Source: Pseudomonadota bacterium
Lineage (GTDB): Bacteria > Bdellovibrionota_B > Oligoflexia > Oligoflexales > CAIYRB01
DNA: 25,298 nucleotides
Assembly: GCA_031416315.1 (NCBI GenBank)
Contig: JANOTL010000140.1
Location: forward strand, 1-25,298
Reading direction: 5' to 3'
The notes under the pieces are model-generated. The model ran no database searches, was not told the origin of the DNA, and worked only from the letters and a program-made list of their open reading frames with translations. Below are positions 15,924-24,264 of this stretch, one piece after another; within the stretch, counting starts at the first letter, position 1; each line of letters begins with the position of its first letter. The translations under genes and the position numbers were made by a program.

Positions 15924-18266
15924 TCAGCTCGCGATGGAATCCTTGCCGCGCTCGCGCGCCGGCGTGGCGTTGCCGGTCGCGTAGCGAGCCGTCTGATAGC
16001 GATAGGCGCCTTGGACGCGGACCATCGGCGAGAAGTTGAGTAGAAGCTGAATCTTGTTGCCGGCGACGGACTGGAGCGTCGTGACGGCGTCCGTCAGCGC
16101 GAACACGCGGGTCTTCGAGCGCATGACGCAGAGCAGCGAGGTGTCGACGAAGTCACAAATGAGGAGTCCGTCCGGCAGCAAGTTCACCGGCGCGGTATCG
16201 ATGACGATGAAGTCGTAGCGGACTTTGAGCTCAGCCATGAGGTCTTTGAAGCGCTGCGAGGTCAAGAGCTCGGTCGAGTCGTCGGAGCGCTTGCCGGAGA
16301 AGAGGATATCGAGGTTCGGCCGGACCTCGCGATGGATGGCGTCGTCGAGCGTCACGTCGCCGCGGATCGCCTCGACCAGGCCGCCGTTTACGGGATCGAT
16401 GTTGAATCGCTCGGCCATCCGCGAGCCGAGGATGTCGGCGTCGAGGATGAGCGTCTTCTTGCCGAGGAGCGAGATCGAGGCGGCGAGGTTGGCCGTGACG
16501 AACGTTTTGCCCTCGCCGGGGGCGGCGCTGTGCACGGAGATGAGGCGCGTGCGGTTCGGGTTGACCGTGGCGGCGGCGGTGTTCGTGCCGCCGGTGGCAC
16601 CGAGCAACTTGGTGCGCAAGTATTTGAAGGGGACGGTGTTGGCAGCTACGAGGGCCTGGATGCCGGTGCCGCGTTTCCCAGCGCCGGAGCGCGTCATCGC
16701 CCGGCGGAAGAATCCGTGGTTCATGTTCGGAATGGCACCGAGCAATGGGATGCCGTATGCCGACAGCTCCTCGCGGGTGCCGACCGTCGGGTCGCGTCGC
16801 TCGAGAAGGATGGCGATCGAGCTGCCTAGCCCCAAGCCGACCAGGAGCGACATCAGGATCATCATCTGCATCTTCGGCTTGCGTTGAGCGCTGCCGAGGT
16901 AAGCTTTCTCGACCTGGCGGATCTTGTTCTGCACCGAGATGCGTTGGAAGTCGAATTGGTAGCTCTGGCGGTACAGGTCGCTCAACAGGTCGTACTGCAC
17001 CTGAATTTGGCGCAGGATCTCGTTGTAGCGTTGGCGCTGCTCCGGCAACGGCTGCTCCGCGACCAACGTGCGCACGAGGGCGGCTTCGGTCGCCTCGATC
17101 TGCGCTTGCAGCGTGACGTTCTCGCGCCCGAGCTTCTCGATCGTCTCCTCCATGGCCTTGACCGAGCTCGGCAGCTCCTCGTTGCCCGAGTCCTTGGTGG
17201 TCTGATGGAGGCGGCCCTCGATCCTGCCGTTGGTCTCGGCGAGCTCTTCTTCGATCTCCTGCACTTCCTTCGAGGCCGCGTCGATCCCTTGGAGAAGAAG
17301 CGCCTTCTTGCGAAAGGCGAGGGCCTCGCTCTGCTGGCGCAAAGAGCGGATCTCGTCGGTCAGGGAGCCGCCGTTCAGCTGTGCCTTCAAGAGTCGGGCG
17401 TCCTCGAGGTCGCGCTTTGCCGTGAGCTTGGCGGTCATGAGCTGGTTCGACTTGATCTTGATCCGTGCGATGTCGATCTCGCGCTGCAGCTCGGAGGAGC
17501 GCGGGGGGCCCCGCATCTCGAAGCGGATCTCGTTGCCGCCGACGTCGCGCAGCTTGTCGTTGAGCTCGTCGACCGTCGATTTGATGACGGAGATGCGGTC
17601 GGCGATGTAGGAGCGGGCCTGGTCGAACTCGCGCAGCTCCTTGCGCGTGCCGAACTCGATGGCGGCGTCGCCGAGAAAGTTGGCCAGGATGACCGCGACC
17701 TGCTGGTCCCGGGTCGTGCAGGTCAAGGCGATGCCGTTGCCGGTCATGTCCTTCGTCACCGCGGTCACTTCCATGAGCCGGATCGCCATCTCGGAGACCG
17801 ACATCGGCGCATCGGCGTCGAGCTTCGGCGCGAAGCCGGCGTATTCCATCATCGCTTGGAGACGCGGCGAGCGCCGAAGCCGCAGCGAGCGGCGGATCGC
17901 CTGATAGTTGACCAAGGTGGAGATGCGCGAGGCCGTGTCCTCGAAGAAGTCGCGGGAATTGAGGTAGCCGATGAATTTTTCGCGGTAGGAGTCCTCTTGG
18001 CTTCCCCCCAAGCGTGCGCCCGCCGACATGCCGCCGGAGATCCGAGACGTCACCGATTCGAGCGTGCTCGTCGAGGCGCGGGCGACCTGGAGCGACACGG
18101 ACGAGGAATAGACTGTGTTCTGCAGGACGTAGATCACGCCGACGGCGCTCCCCGCGACCGCGCAGAAGAGGACGAGCCAAAGGAACCGGCGCATAGGACG
18201 CAAGATGAGGCGCCAGATGTCGTCGAGCGCGAAGATGCTGTCGTCGTGTTGGTTTTGGCTGCTCAA
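15924..18266 (-). CDS. wzc: Wzc-like polysaccharide co-polymerase / bacterial tyrosine kinase, 780 aa
   Basis: Two TM helices flank a long coiled coil. Motifs GIPLLGAIP, Walker A APGEGKT, A' ILDAD, Walker B IVIDTAP and tail YRYQTARY. TTG start with GGGAG SD. Confidence 0.93.
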   Translation of the reverse strand: MSSQNQHDDSIFALDDIWRLILRPMRRFLWLVLFCAVAGSAVGVIYVLQNTVYSSSVSLQVARASTSTLESVTSRISGGMSAGARLGGSQEDSYREKFIGYLNSRDFFEDTASRISTLVNYQAIRRSLRLRRSPRLQAMMEYAGFAPKLDADAPMSVSEMAIRLMEVTAVTKDMTGNGIALTCTTRDQQVAVILANFLGDAAIEFGTRKELREFDQARSYIADRISVIKSTVDELNDKLRDVGGNEIRFEMRGPPRSSELQREIDIARIKIKSNQLMTAKLTAKRDLEDARLLKAQLNGGSLTDEIRSLRQQSEALAFRKKALLLQGIDAASKEVQEIEEELAETNGRIEGRLHQTTKDSGNEELPSSVKAMEETIEKLGRENVTLQAQIEATEAALVRTLVAEQPLPEQRQRYNEILRQIQVQYDLLSDLYRQSYQFDFQRISVQNKIRQVEKAYLGSAQRKPKMQMMILMSLLVGLGLGSSIAILLERRDPTVGTREELSAYGIPLLGAIPNMNHGFFRRAMTRSGAGKRGTGIQALVAANTVPFKYLRTKLLGATGGTNTAAATVNPNRTRLISVHSAAPGEGKTFVTANLAASISLLGKKTLILDADILGSRMAERFNIDPVNGGLVEAIRGDVTLDDAIHREVRPNLDILFSGKRSDDSTELLTSQRFKDLMAELKVRYDFIVIDTAPVNLLPDGLLICDFVDTSLLCVMRSKTRVFALTDAVTTLQSVAGNKIQLLLNFSPMVRVQGAYRYQTARYATGNATPARERGKDSIAS

Positions 18267-18282
18267 GTGCGGACGCTCCCCG

Positions 18283-19782
18283 TCACTCTTGGCTTCGGGC
18301 GGCGAGCGCGGGAACTTGAGTCCTTAGCAGCTGATCTGAATGGGCAATTTCTGCCCGGCGCGGGCGCGCCAGCCAGAAGTAGATCAGCACCAGGGTCGGC
18401 AGCGAGCGCGACATGATGACCTGGAGGAGCAGGGACGATGACTCCGATGCCACGTGCTGGAACATCAGCAGAATAGTCACGCTCCAGATACTGTTCCGCA
18501 GGCGGTGCCCGAAGACGAAGGCGACGGCGGCGAGGAAAAAGGTGCCGATCGCCGTGATCAAATGGCCTTCGACGCCGGGCTCGACGGCGAAGTTTTCGAC
18601 GAAAGGTCCGAAGGAAACGCCGGTGACGTCGTCCGTGTCGCCCAAGATCCCCGAGCGCTTCCCGAGAACGTTCGAGAGGTTGCCCTGCGCGCCGAAGCCG
18701 CTGATCTCCCGCGGGATCAGCGTGAACATCGTCGACGCGACCTCGTAGGTCAAGGGGCCGATGCTCTCCACCGAACTGACGAGGCGATCCCCGATGGGCG
18801 TTTGGACGAGGCGCTGCAGGAAGAGCGGCTCGAAGCCCAGGTAGGCCTCGCTGATGTCGTGCTCGGTGCGGAACGAGATGAGCTTGTATATGTCGATGTC
18901 GTTTGGATCGAAGTCGAGCCCCAGCGAGCCGTCGTTCTTGCTGCGGTCGGCCAAGACCGCCGCTTTCTTCAGGCGGGAGAAGGCCGACTCGTCCCGGAAC
19001 ATCGCGCGCGACTGCGCCACGGGATAGACGACGAAGTGAAAAAGGAGCGCGAAGGCCACGGCTGGGAGGATGGCGCTGCGACGCAGGACGAAACCAAACG
19101 ACGTGGCCGTGACCGCCCAAGTGAAGACGGCTTCGAGCATTCCTTGCTTCGAGCCGCCGTTGAACGCGTTGACGAAGAGGAGGCCGACGGTGAGCGCAAC
19201 GCGCAGGTCGAAGGGACGGCGCCCCCCGTTCATGATCAAGCAACGAGCCGTCGCCGCAGAGACCGCGAGCGCGTCGACGTAGCTGAAGTAGGTGAGGGCC
19301 TTGGCGACGATGTCGGGCAGCCCGATCGCCTCACCGAAGTATTTCGGGACGCACATCACGAGAGCGAAAATCCAGATGCGCTCCAGGCGTCGCGGGGAGA
19401 GCACGGGCCGCAGCGCCTGAAGCGGCGGGACGAACAAACGTGCGACGACGCAGCCAAGCGCAGCCATGCCCATGCCGGACGTGAGGACGCCGATCGTCGT
19501 CAATGGCGTGACGAGCCCGACCTCCGGTGGATTCCACGTGGCGGCCTTGACGAGGTGGCCGAGGATCAGGGATTTGAGCGCGATCAGCGCGATGATCCCG
19601 CCGCAAACTGAGTAGAGTCCGCCGCAGGCGCGCACCGCGACGACCGTGAGCACATTGAACAAAGCCGACAGGGCTGCGTATTCCAGCGAGGCGCCCGTGG
19701 CCAGCTGCGCGATGGGCAGGGCTGCGAGCGTCGCCAGAGCGGCCTTGTTGACGGAGGATGCGAGGACGGCGTTGGAAGGCAC
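18283..19782 (-). CDS. Polytopic membrane protein, probable Wzy-like polysaccharide polymerase, ~499 aa
   Basis: About 11-12 hydrophobic segments, GGSKQ (xSK/R motif), a large periplasmic loop, and position directly upstream of wzc. Start set at GTG 19782 (SD AAGGTGA); ATG 19809 is an alternative but lies inside a -10 box. Confidence 0.7.
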   Translation of the reverse strand: MPSNAVLASSVNKAALATLAALPIAQLATGASLEYAALSALFNVLTVVAVRACGGLYSVCGGIIALIALKSLILGHLVKAATWNPPEVGLVTPLTTIGVLTSGMGMAALGCVVARLFVPPLQALRPVLSPRRLERIWIFALVMCVPKYFGEAIGLPDIVAKALTYFSYVDALAVSAATARCLIMNGGRRPFDLRVALTVGLLFVNAFNGGSKQGMLEAVFTWAVTATSFGFVLRRSAILPAVAFALLFHFVVYPVAQSRAMFRDESAFSRLKKAAVLADRSKNDGSLGLDFDPNDIDIYKLISFRTEHDISEAYLGFEPLFLQRLVQTPIGDRLVSSVESIGPLTYEVASTMFTLIPREISGFGAQGNLSNVLGKRSGILGDTDDVTGVSFGPFVENFAVEPGVEGHLITAIGTFFLAAVAFVFGHRLRNSIWSVTILLMFQHVASESSSLLLQVIMSRSLPTLVLIYFWLARPRRAEIAHSDQLLRTQVPALAARSQE

Positions 19783-19807
19783 GGATTCACCTTGCGGGGT
19801 CCCTTTC

Positions 19808-19816
19808 ATCTTAGCA
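19808..19816 (-). promoter_or_regulatory. Extended -10 (TGC-TAAGAT) for the wzy-like/wzc transcript
   Basis: Minus strand TGCTAAGAT lies in the divergent intergenic region, 25 nt upstream of GTG 19782. Confidence 0.45.
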
Positions 19817-19894
19817 GATGCGTCCCGCCCCGCCGGTGTATGCTGGGGCGAAAGCATCGCAAAAAAACCGCATTTCACGAATGGAGCGGGCACG

Positions 19895-20833
19895 TTGTCG
19901 ATAGAGATCAGCATCGCCATCTGCACGAGACAACGCGCCGACAGGCTTCGGCGCGCTCTCGATGGATTGGTCGCGACGAGCGGCGCTGGCGACGGACTCG
20001 AGGTGCTTGTGGTCGACAATGGCTCTACCGACGGCACGCGCGCAACCGTGGCGAGCTTCGCCGAATCCTTGCCGGTACGGTACTTGTCCGAGCCGCAGAT
20101 CGGCTTGTCGCATGCGCGCAATTTGGCCCTCGCAGAGGCCCGCGGCGCGCTCCTCGTCTTCGTCGACGACGACGTCGTGCCCAAGGCCGGCTGGCTCGCG
20201 GCCTACCGTGCCGCGGCGCGGCTTTTCCCGGCAGTCGCCTATTTCGGCGGCGCGATCGAGCCGGAGTTCGAGGGGGTGGTCCCCCTCTGGATCAGCCGGC
20301 ATCTCGACCGTCTCGGTTGCGCCTTCGGGGTCTTGCCGAGCGCCGAGCTTGCGCGGGAGGTCCAGTTTCCGCAGATGCCGTTCGGCGCCAACTTCGCCAT
20401 CCGGCCCGCTCTCTGCCGCGGTCTCGCTTTCGACGTCGAGCTCGGTCGCAAGGGCAAGGGCCGCTTGTCGTTCGAGGAAACGGAGTTTCTTTGGCGTCTC
20501 CACGCGCGCGGCGCGCGGGGGCGCTGGCTCCCGGACGCCGTCGTGCGGCATCACGTGCCCAAGCAACGGTTGACGCTCCGACATGTCGGCGGTTTTTTCG
20601 TTGGCTTCGGCGCCTCTTACCGCGTCATGGATCGGTTCGACGAGTTCCCGCGCATTCGTTCGCTGCCTCGGTGCCTTCGCCGGCCGGCGCTCTTGGCAAA
20701 AGCTGCGGGGCTGGCGGCTCGCGCCGGATTCGACTGGGCGCGGGGCTCCGAGCTATGGCTCGGTCGATTCTGCACGGCGGCCATAAGCTTCGGCCTCGGC
20801 GTGGCGCGCGGCCGGCGGACGATGATAAAATGA
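19895..20833 (+). CDS. GT2 family glycosyltransferase, ~312 aa
   Basis: Motifs ISIAICTRQR, VVDNGSTDGT, GLSHARN, FVDDD, GANFA and FEETE. Start re-assigned to TTG 19895 with GGAG at 19883-19886. Confidence 0.92.
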   Translation: MSIEISIAICTRQRADRLRRALDGLVATSGAGDGLEVLVVDNGSTDGTRATVASFAESLPVRYLSEPQIGLSHARNLALAEARGALLVFVDDDVVPKAGWLAAYRAAARLFPAVAYFGGAIEPEFEGVVPLWISRHLDRLGCAFGVLPSAELAREVQFPQMPFGANFAIRPALCRGLAFDVELGRKGKGRLSFEETEFLWRLHARGARGRWLPDAVVRHHVPKQRLTLRHVGGFFVGFGASYRVMDRFDEFPRIRSLPRCLRRPALLAKAAGLAARAGFDWARGSELWLGRFCTAAISFGLGVARGRRTMIK

Positions 20834-20866
20834 GAGGGATTTCTTCCCTCGCATGACGGTCCCCGC

Positions 20867-22699
20867 GTGACGCTGATCCAATCGATGCGCATCATTGGCT
20901 TGCGATGGCAGCTCACCGTCATTCCGGTGCTGCTGTCGGTCGTCGGGGCCTTGTGCGAGACCGCGGTGATGTGCCTCTTGATCCCGCTGGTCGACCTCCT
21001 GCTCGACGTCAGCTCGGCGAGCGGGACGCCGGCTCCCGTCGCGCTCAACTTCGGCACCCACTTCGCCCTGCCCCTACCCGACCTCGTCCTTGCCTACGGG
21101 CGGCGCGGCGCATTCGCCTTCACCTTGTTCCTGACGCTCGCCTTCATGGGCCTTCGCATCGGCGCCGAGTTTCTCGGCGGCGCCTTGCTGTCGCGCTCGA
21201 TGCTCTCGACGCTTGCAGTGCTGCGGACGCGTCTTTTCACGCGGTATCTCGCCTTCGGAAAGGCGTTCAGCGAAAAGGTCGGCGTCTCGCGCATCGCGTC
21301 GATGCTGCAAGCGCAGACGGGCGAGGTCATCAGCTCGGCGATGTCCGCGCGCGCGCTCCTGACTCAAGCCGTGATGCTCCTCGGCTACGTCCTTCTCTTG
21401 ATCTCGATCTCTTGGAAGCTGTTCTGCTTCTCGCTCTTGCTCTATCCCGCCTACCGGTTCGTCAACAAGCTTTTGTCCAAAGAGATCACGCGCGCCTCCG
21501 AGAAATACTACGCGGCCTTGATCCACTACGGCGACGTGGTCGCGAATTCTTCGGAAAGCCTTCCGATGATCATCGCCTACGATGCCGGTGCATCGGAGGT
21601 GCGCGCTTACGACACAGTCGTGCACAAGTTGGCTGACGAAGAAACCGCGATGGAGCGGCGCGTCTTGCAGCTCTATTCTCTGCAGGAGCTCCTGACTCCG
21701 ATCATGATCGTGATTCTCGTCGGAACCCTGGCTTTGTCATCGTTCCTTCGCTCTGACGGCGGCGGCGCGCAGTCCCTCGTCTTCTTCCTGGCGTTGCGCC
21801 GCATCTCGAATGCCGCGAACGTCATCTCGAACTACATGGCACGCTTGAAGCGAACGATCCCCACCCTGGAGGAAATCGTCCGCGTCGAAGGCGAATACGA
21901 GCGCTACGTCGTTCCGTCCGGCAAGACGCCGTGCCCGTCGCTTTCGCGCGGCATCGAAGTGCGCGGCCTCGCTTTTTCGTACGGCGACGGCAGTCAGGCT
22001 CTGCGCGACGTCTCGTTCACCATCGCAAAGGGCAAAACCACAGCGATCGTCGGCCGCACGGGGAGCGGCAAGTCGACGATCCTTGGGCTCCTCCAGCGCC
22101 TTTACGCCGTCGAGCCGGGGATGATCTCCTTCGACGGAATCGACCTGACCGAGCTGGAGATCTCGTCTTTACGCTCGCGCTTCGGCGTCGTGAGCCAAGA
22201 GGTCTACGTCCGTAACGACTCGATGCGCAATAACCTGCTGTTCGGCGCGCGCACGCCGCGTAGCGACGAGGAATTAATCGAGACGTTGCGGCGCGTGCGG
22301 CTCGACGCCTTCTTCGGCCGCCTTGCGCAGGGCCTCGACACGCCGCTCGGCACGCGGGGCGTCGGCCTTTCCGGCGGCGAGCGCCAACGCCTCGCGATCG
22401 CGCGCGCCTTGCTGCGGCAGCCCGAGATCCTCATCCTCGACGAGGCGACGAGCTCGCTCGACCGGGAGACGGAGAGCCAGGTGAAGGGCCTCCTCGACGA
22501 GCTGATGCACGGCCGAACCTCGATCGTCGTCGCGCACCGCCTGTCGACGATCGCCAACGCGGACCACATCGTCGCGTTGGAGAACGGCGTGGTCATCGAG
22601 CAGGGCGGGTTTCAAGAGCTGATGGCCCGCGGCGGCTACTTCGCCGAGAGCTTCAACATGCAGAACTTCGGCGCGCTCAAGATGCGCCAGAGCTCCTGA
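20867..22699 (+). CDS. Fused TMD-NBD ABC exporter (MsbA/PglK/HepA-like), 610 aa
   Basis: N-terminal TM domain, Walker A GRTGSGKST, Q-loop VSQE, signature LSGGERQR, Walker B ILILDEATSSLD and H-loop AHRLST. Confidence 0.95.
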   Translation: MTLIQSMRIIGLRWQLTVIPVLLSVVGALCETAVMCLLIPLVDLLLDVSSASGTPAPVALNFGTHFALPLPDLVLAYGRRGAFAFTLFLTLAFMGLRIGAEFLGGALLSRSMLSTLAVLRTRLFTRYLAFGKAFSEKVGVSRIASMLQAQTGEVISSAMSARALLTQAVMLLGYVLLLISISWKLFCFSLLLYPAYRFVNKLLSKEITRASEKYYAALIHYGDVVANSSESLPMIIAYDAGASEVRAYDTVVHKLADEETAMERRVLQLYSLQELLTPIMIVILVGTLALSSFLRSDGGGAQSLVFFLALRRISNAANVISNYMARLKRTIPTLEEIVRVEGEYERYVVPSGKTPCPSLSRGIEVRGLAFSYGDGSQALRDVSFTIAKGKTTAIVGRTGSGKSTILGLLQRLYAVEPGMISFDGIDLTELEISSLRSRFGVVSQEVYVRNDSMRNNLLFGARTPRSDEELIETLRRVRLDAFFGRLAQGLDTPLGTRGVGLSGGERQRLAIARALLRQPEILILDEATSSLDRETESQVKGLLDELMHGRTSIVVAHRLSTIANADHIVALENGVVIEQGGFQELMARGGYFAESFNMQNFGALKMRQSS

Positions 22700-22797
22700 G
22701 CAACGGCGGCAGAAGGCAGCGGAATTCGCAGGCGGAGTCGCGCAGCCTACGCTATCCTTTGGCATCGGTAGGGTACGGGAACGAGGGAGGAAATTGC

Positions 22798-23568
22798 GTG
22801 GCGGGCCGCAGTATCGCGATCGGCGACGTCCACGGGGAGCTGGACGAGCTCGGAAAGCTTCTGGTGAAGCTGCCGCCCCTCGATGCCGACGACACTCTGG
22901 TCTTCCTTGGCGACTACGTCGACCGGGGCCGCCGTTCCTTCGAGGTCGTCAACTTCCTCCGTTTCACCGTGCACGAGACGACGCCGGCAAAAATCGTCAT
23001 CCTCCGCGGCAACCACGAGGATGCGTGGCTGCGCGTCGCGCGGCGCGGTTGGCCGGAGTTCGTCGGCCCGAAGAACAACGGCTGCCTCGCGACGCTGCGC
23101 TCCTACCACGGGAAACCCCACGCTCAAGGCGACGTCGCTTCCGAGGCGGAGCTTCAAGCCATGCTCGCGGCGAGCTTCTTGCCGCGCGACGTTCTCGACT
23201 GGTTCGAGACCTTGCCGCACTACTATGAGGACGAGCACGCGATCTACGTGCACGCCGGGCTTCCGCACGACGGCGTCGATTTCCAGCATCCCAGCGAGGT
23301 CGAAGATCCGACGGTGATGCTGTGGATCCGCACGCGAGCCTTCTTCACCGACTACCGGGGCAAGCTCGTCGTCGTCGGCCACACCTCGACCAGCCTCTTG
23401 CCTCCGGAGCACTCCCGCTTCACGCCTGAGGACCCCACCGACATGTGGGCGGGCGAGTCCGTGGTCGCCATCGACACCGGCTGCGGCAAGGGCGGCTTTT
23501 TGACCGCGGTCGAGCTGCCGGCGCAGAAGGTTTACGAGTCGCGGCGCGGCAAAGGAAAGCCGGAATGA
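22798..23568 (+). CDS. PPP-family (calcineurin-like) Ser/Thr protein phosphatase / metallophosphoesterase, ~256 aa
   Basis: Motifs GDVHG, GDYVDRG, RGNHE, VHAG, GHT and IDTG. GTG 22798 with SD GAGGGAGG. Confidence 0.93.
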   Translation: MAGRSIAIGDVHGELDELGKLLVKLPPLDADDTLVFLGDYVDRGRRSFEVVNFLRFTVHETTPAKIVILRGNHEDAWLRVARRGWPEFVGPKNNGCLATLRSYHGKPHAQGDVASEAELQAMLAASFLPRDVLDWFETLPHYYEDEHAIYVHAGLPHDGVDFQHPSEVEDPTVMLWIRTRAFFTDYRGKLVVVGHTSTSLLPPEHSRFTPEDPTDMWAGESVVAIDTGCGKGGFLTAVELPAQKVYESRRGKGKPE

Positions 23569-23574
23569 GTCCGC

Positions 23575-23606
23575 TCAGTTCCAACTGACTGGCTAGCCAA
23601 AGCTTT
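23575..23606. repeat. Three tandem short palindromes in an intergenic spacer
   Basis: TCAGTT-cc-AACTGA (23575-23588), TGGCTAGCCA (23590-23599) and AAAGCTTT (23599-23606). Confidence 0.5.
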
Positions 23607-23666
23607 CCAGCGCGCGACGGGCCTGGTATGAGGAGCGCCTCACACAACCCGTCGAGAGGCCACGTC

Positions 23667-24113
23667 ATGCTCAAAACCTTCTGCAGCGCCCTCATCGCGC
23701 TCACGCTGGGCTCCACCGCGATCGCGCAAACGATTCCCCTCCAGCCCGGCAAATGGAAGATGTACTCGCAGCCGAACGTCACCCCCAGCGACTTTTGCGA
23801 CGTGCACCAGTTCCTTACCCTCGACAAGGGGACGCTCACCGGCGAGTTCGGCCTGCTCGAGCAGGGACTGAACGGAGTTTGTGAGATCTACGTCCCCCGC
23901 AATCCCCGCTTCTTCAACCTCGCTTTCGATGCGACCGAGTGCGGCAGCCAGATCTGGCTCGGTGAGATCGAGACCCTCGAGGCGCGCTTCGAAGTGAAAG
24001 TGCTCGACCATCGTACGCGCCTGTGCGACGACCTAGTGCCGGCCCTCATTGTGGCCGAGCTCAAGGACTCGTCCACCGGCGAGACGACCAAGCTCTACAG
24101 CCACCAAGACTGA
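23667..24113 (+). CDS. Hypothetical secreted protein with four Cys, ~148 aa
   Basis: Sec signal MLKTFCSALIALTLGSTAIA-Q (AxA site), GAGG SD before ATG 23667, and GC3-rich codon usage. Confidence 0.82.
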   Translation: MLKTFCSALIALTLGSTAIAQTIPLQPGKWKMYSQPNVTPSDFCDVHQFLTLDKGTLTGEFGLLEQGLNGVCEIYVPRNPRFFNLAFDATECGSQIWLGEIETLEARFEVKVLDHRTRLCDDLVPALIVAELKDSSTGETTKLYSHQD

Positions 24114-24264
24114 TCTTTCCGCTCCTTCCCTTTTCCTTCTACGATCTGGTGACCTCGGTTGCCAGTGACATCGCGGTTCCGGGGCGCTCGAGGACTTTCC
24201 TACTCTCGCTGCGCTGACTATATTGACCTGAACCGATGCTCTTCCCGGTCGCTCCGGAGCCGCG

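Noticed and set aside
16231..18416. 649-aa (-) and 510-aa (+) ORFs overlapping wzc
   Set aside because: Arg/Pro-rich off-frame and antisense shadows of a well-supported gene.
19646..20184. Apparent ~540-nt head-to-head overlap of the Wzy-like and GT2 ORFs
   Set aside because: Artefact of longest-ORF start calls; starts at 19782 (-) and 19895 (+) have SD support and leave a normal divergent spacer.
24114..24230. Pyrimidine tract after the secreted-protein gene and a possible SOS box upstream of recQ
   Set aside because: No stem precedes the tract and there is no match to a LexA palindrome I can recognise; only a lone TATATT -10-like hexamer (24219-24224).
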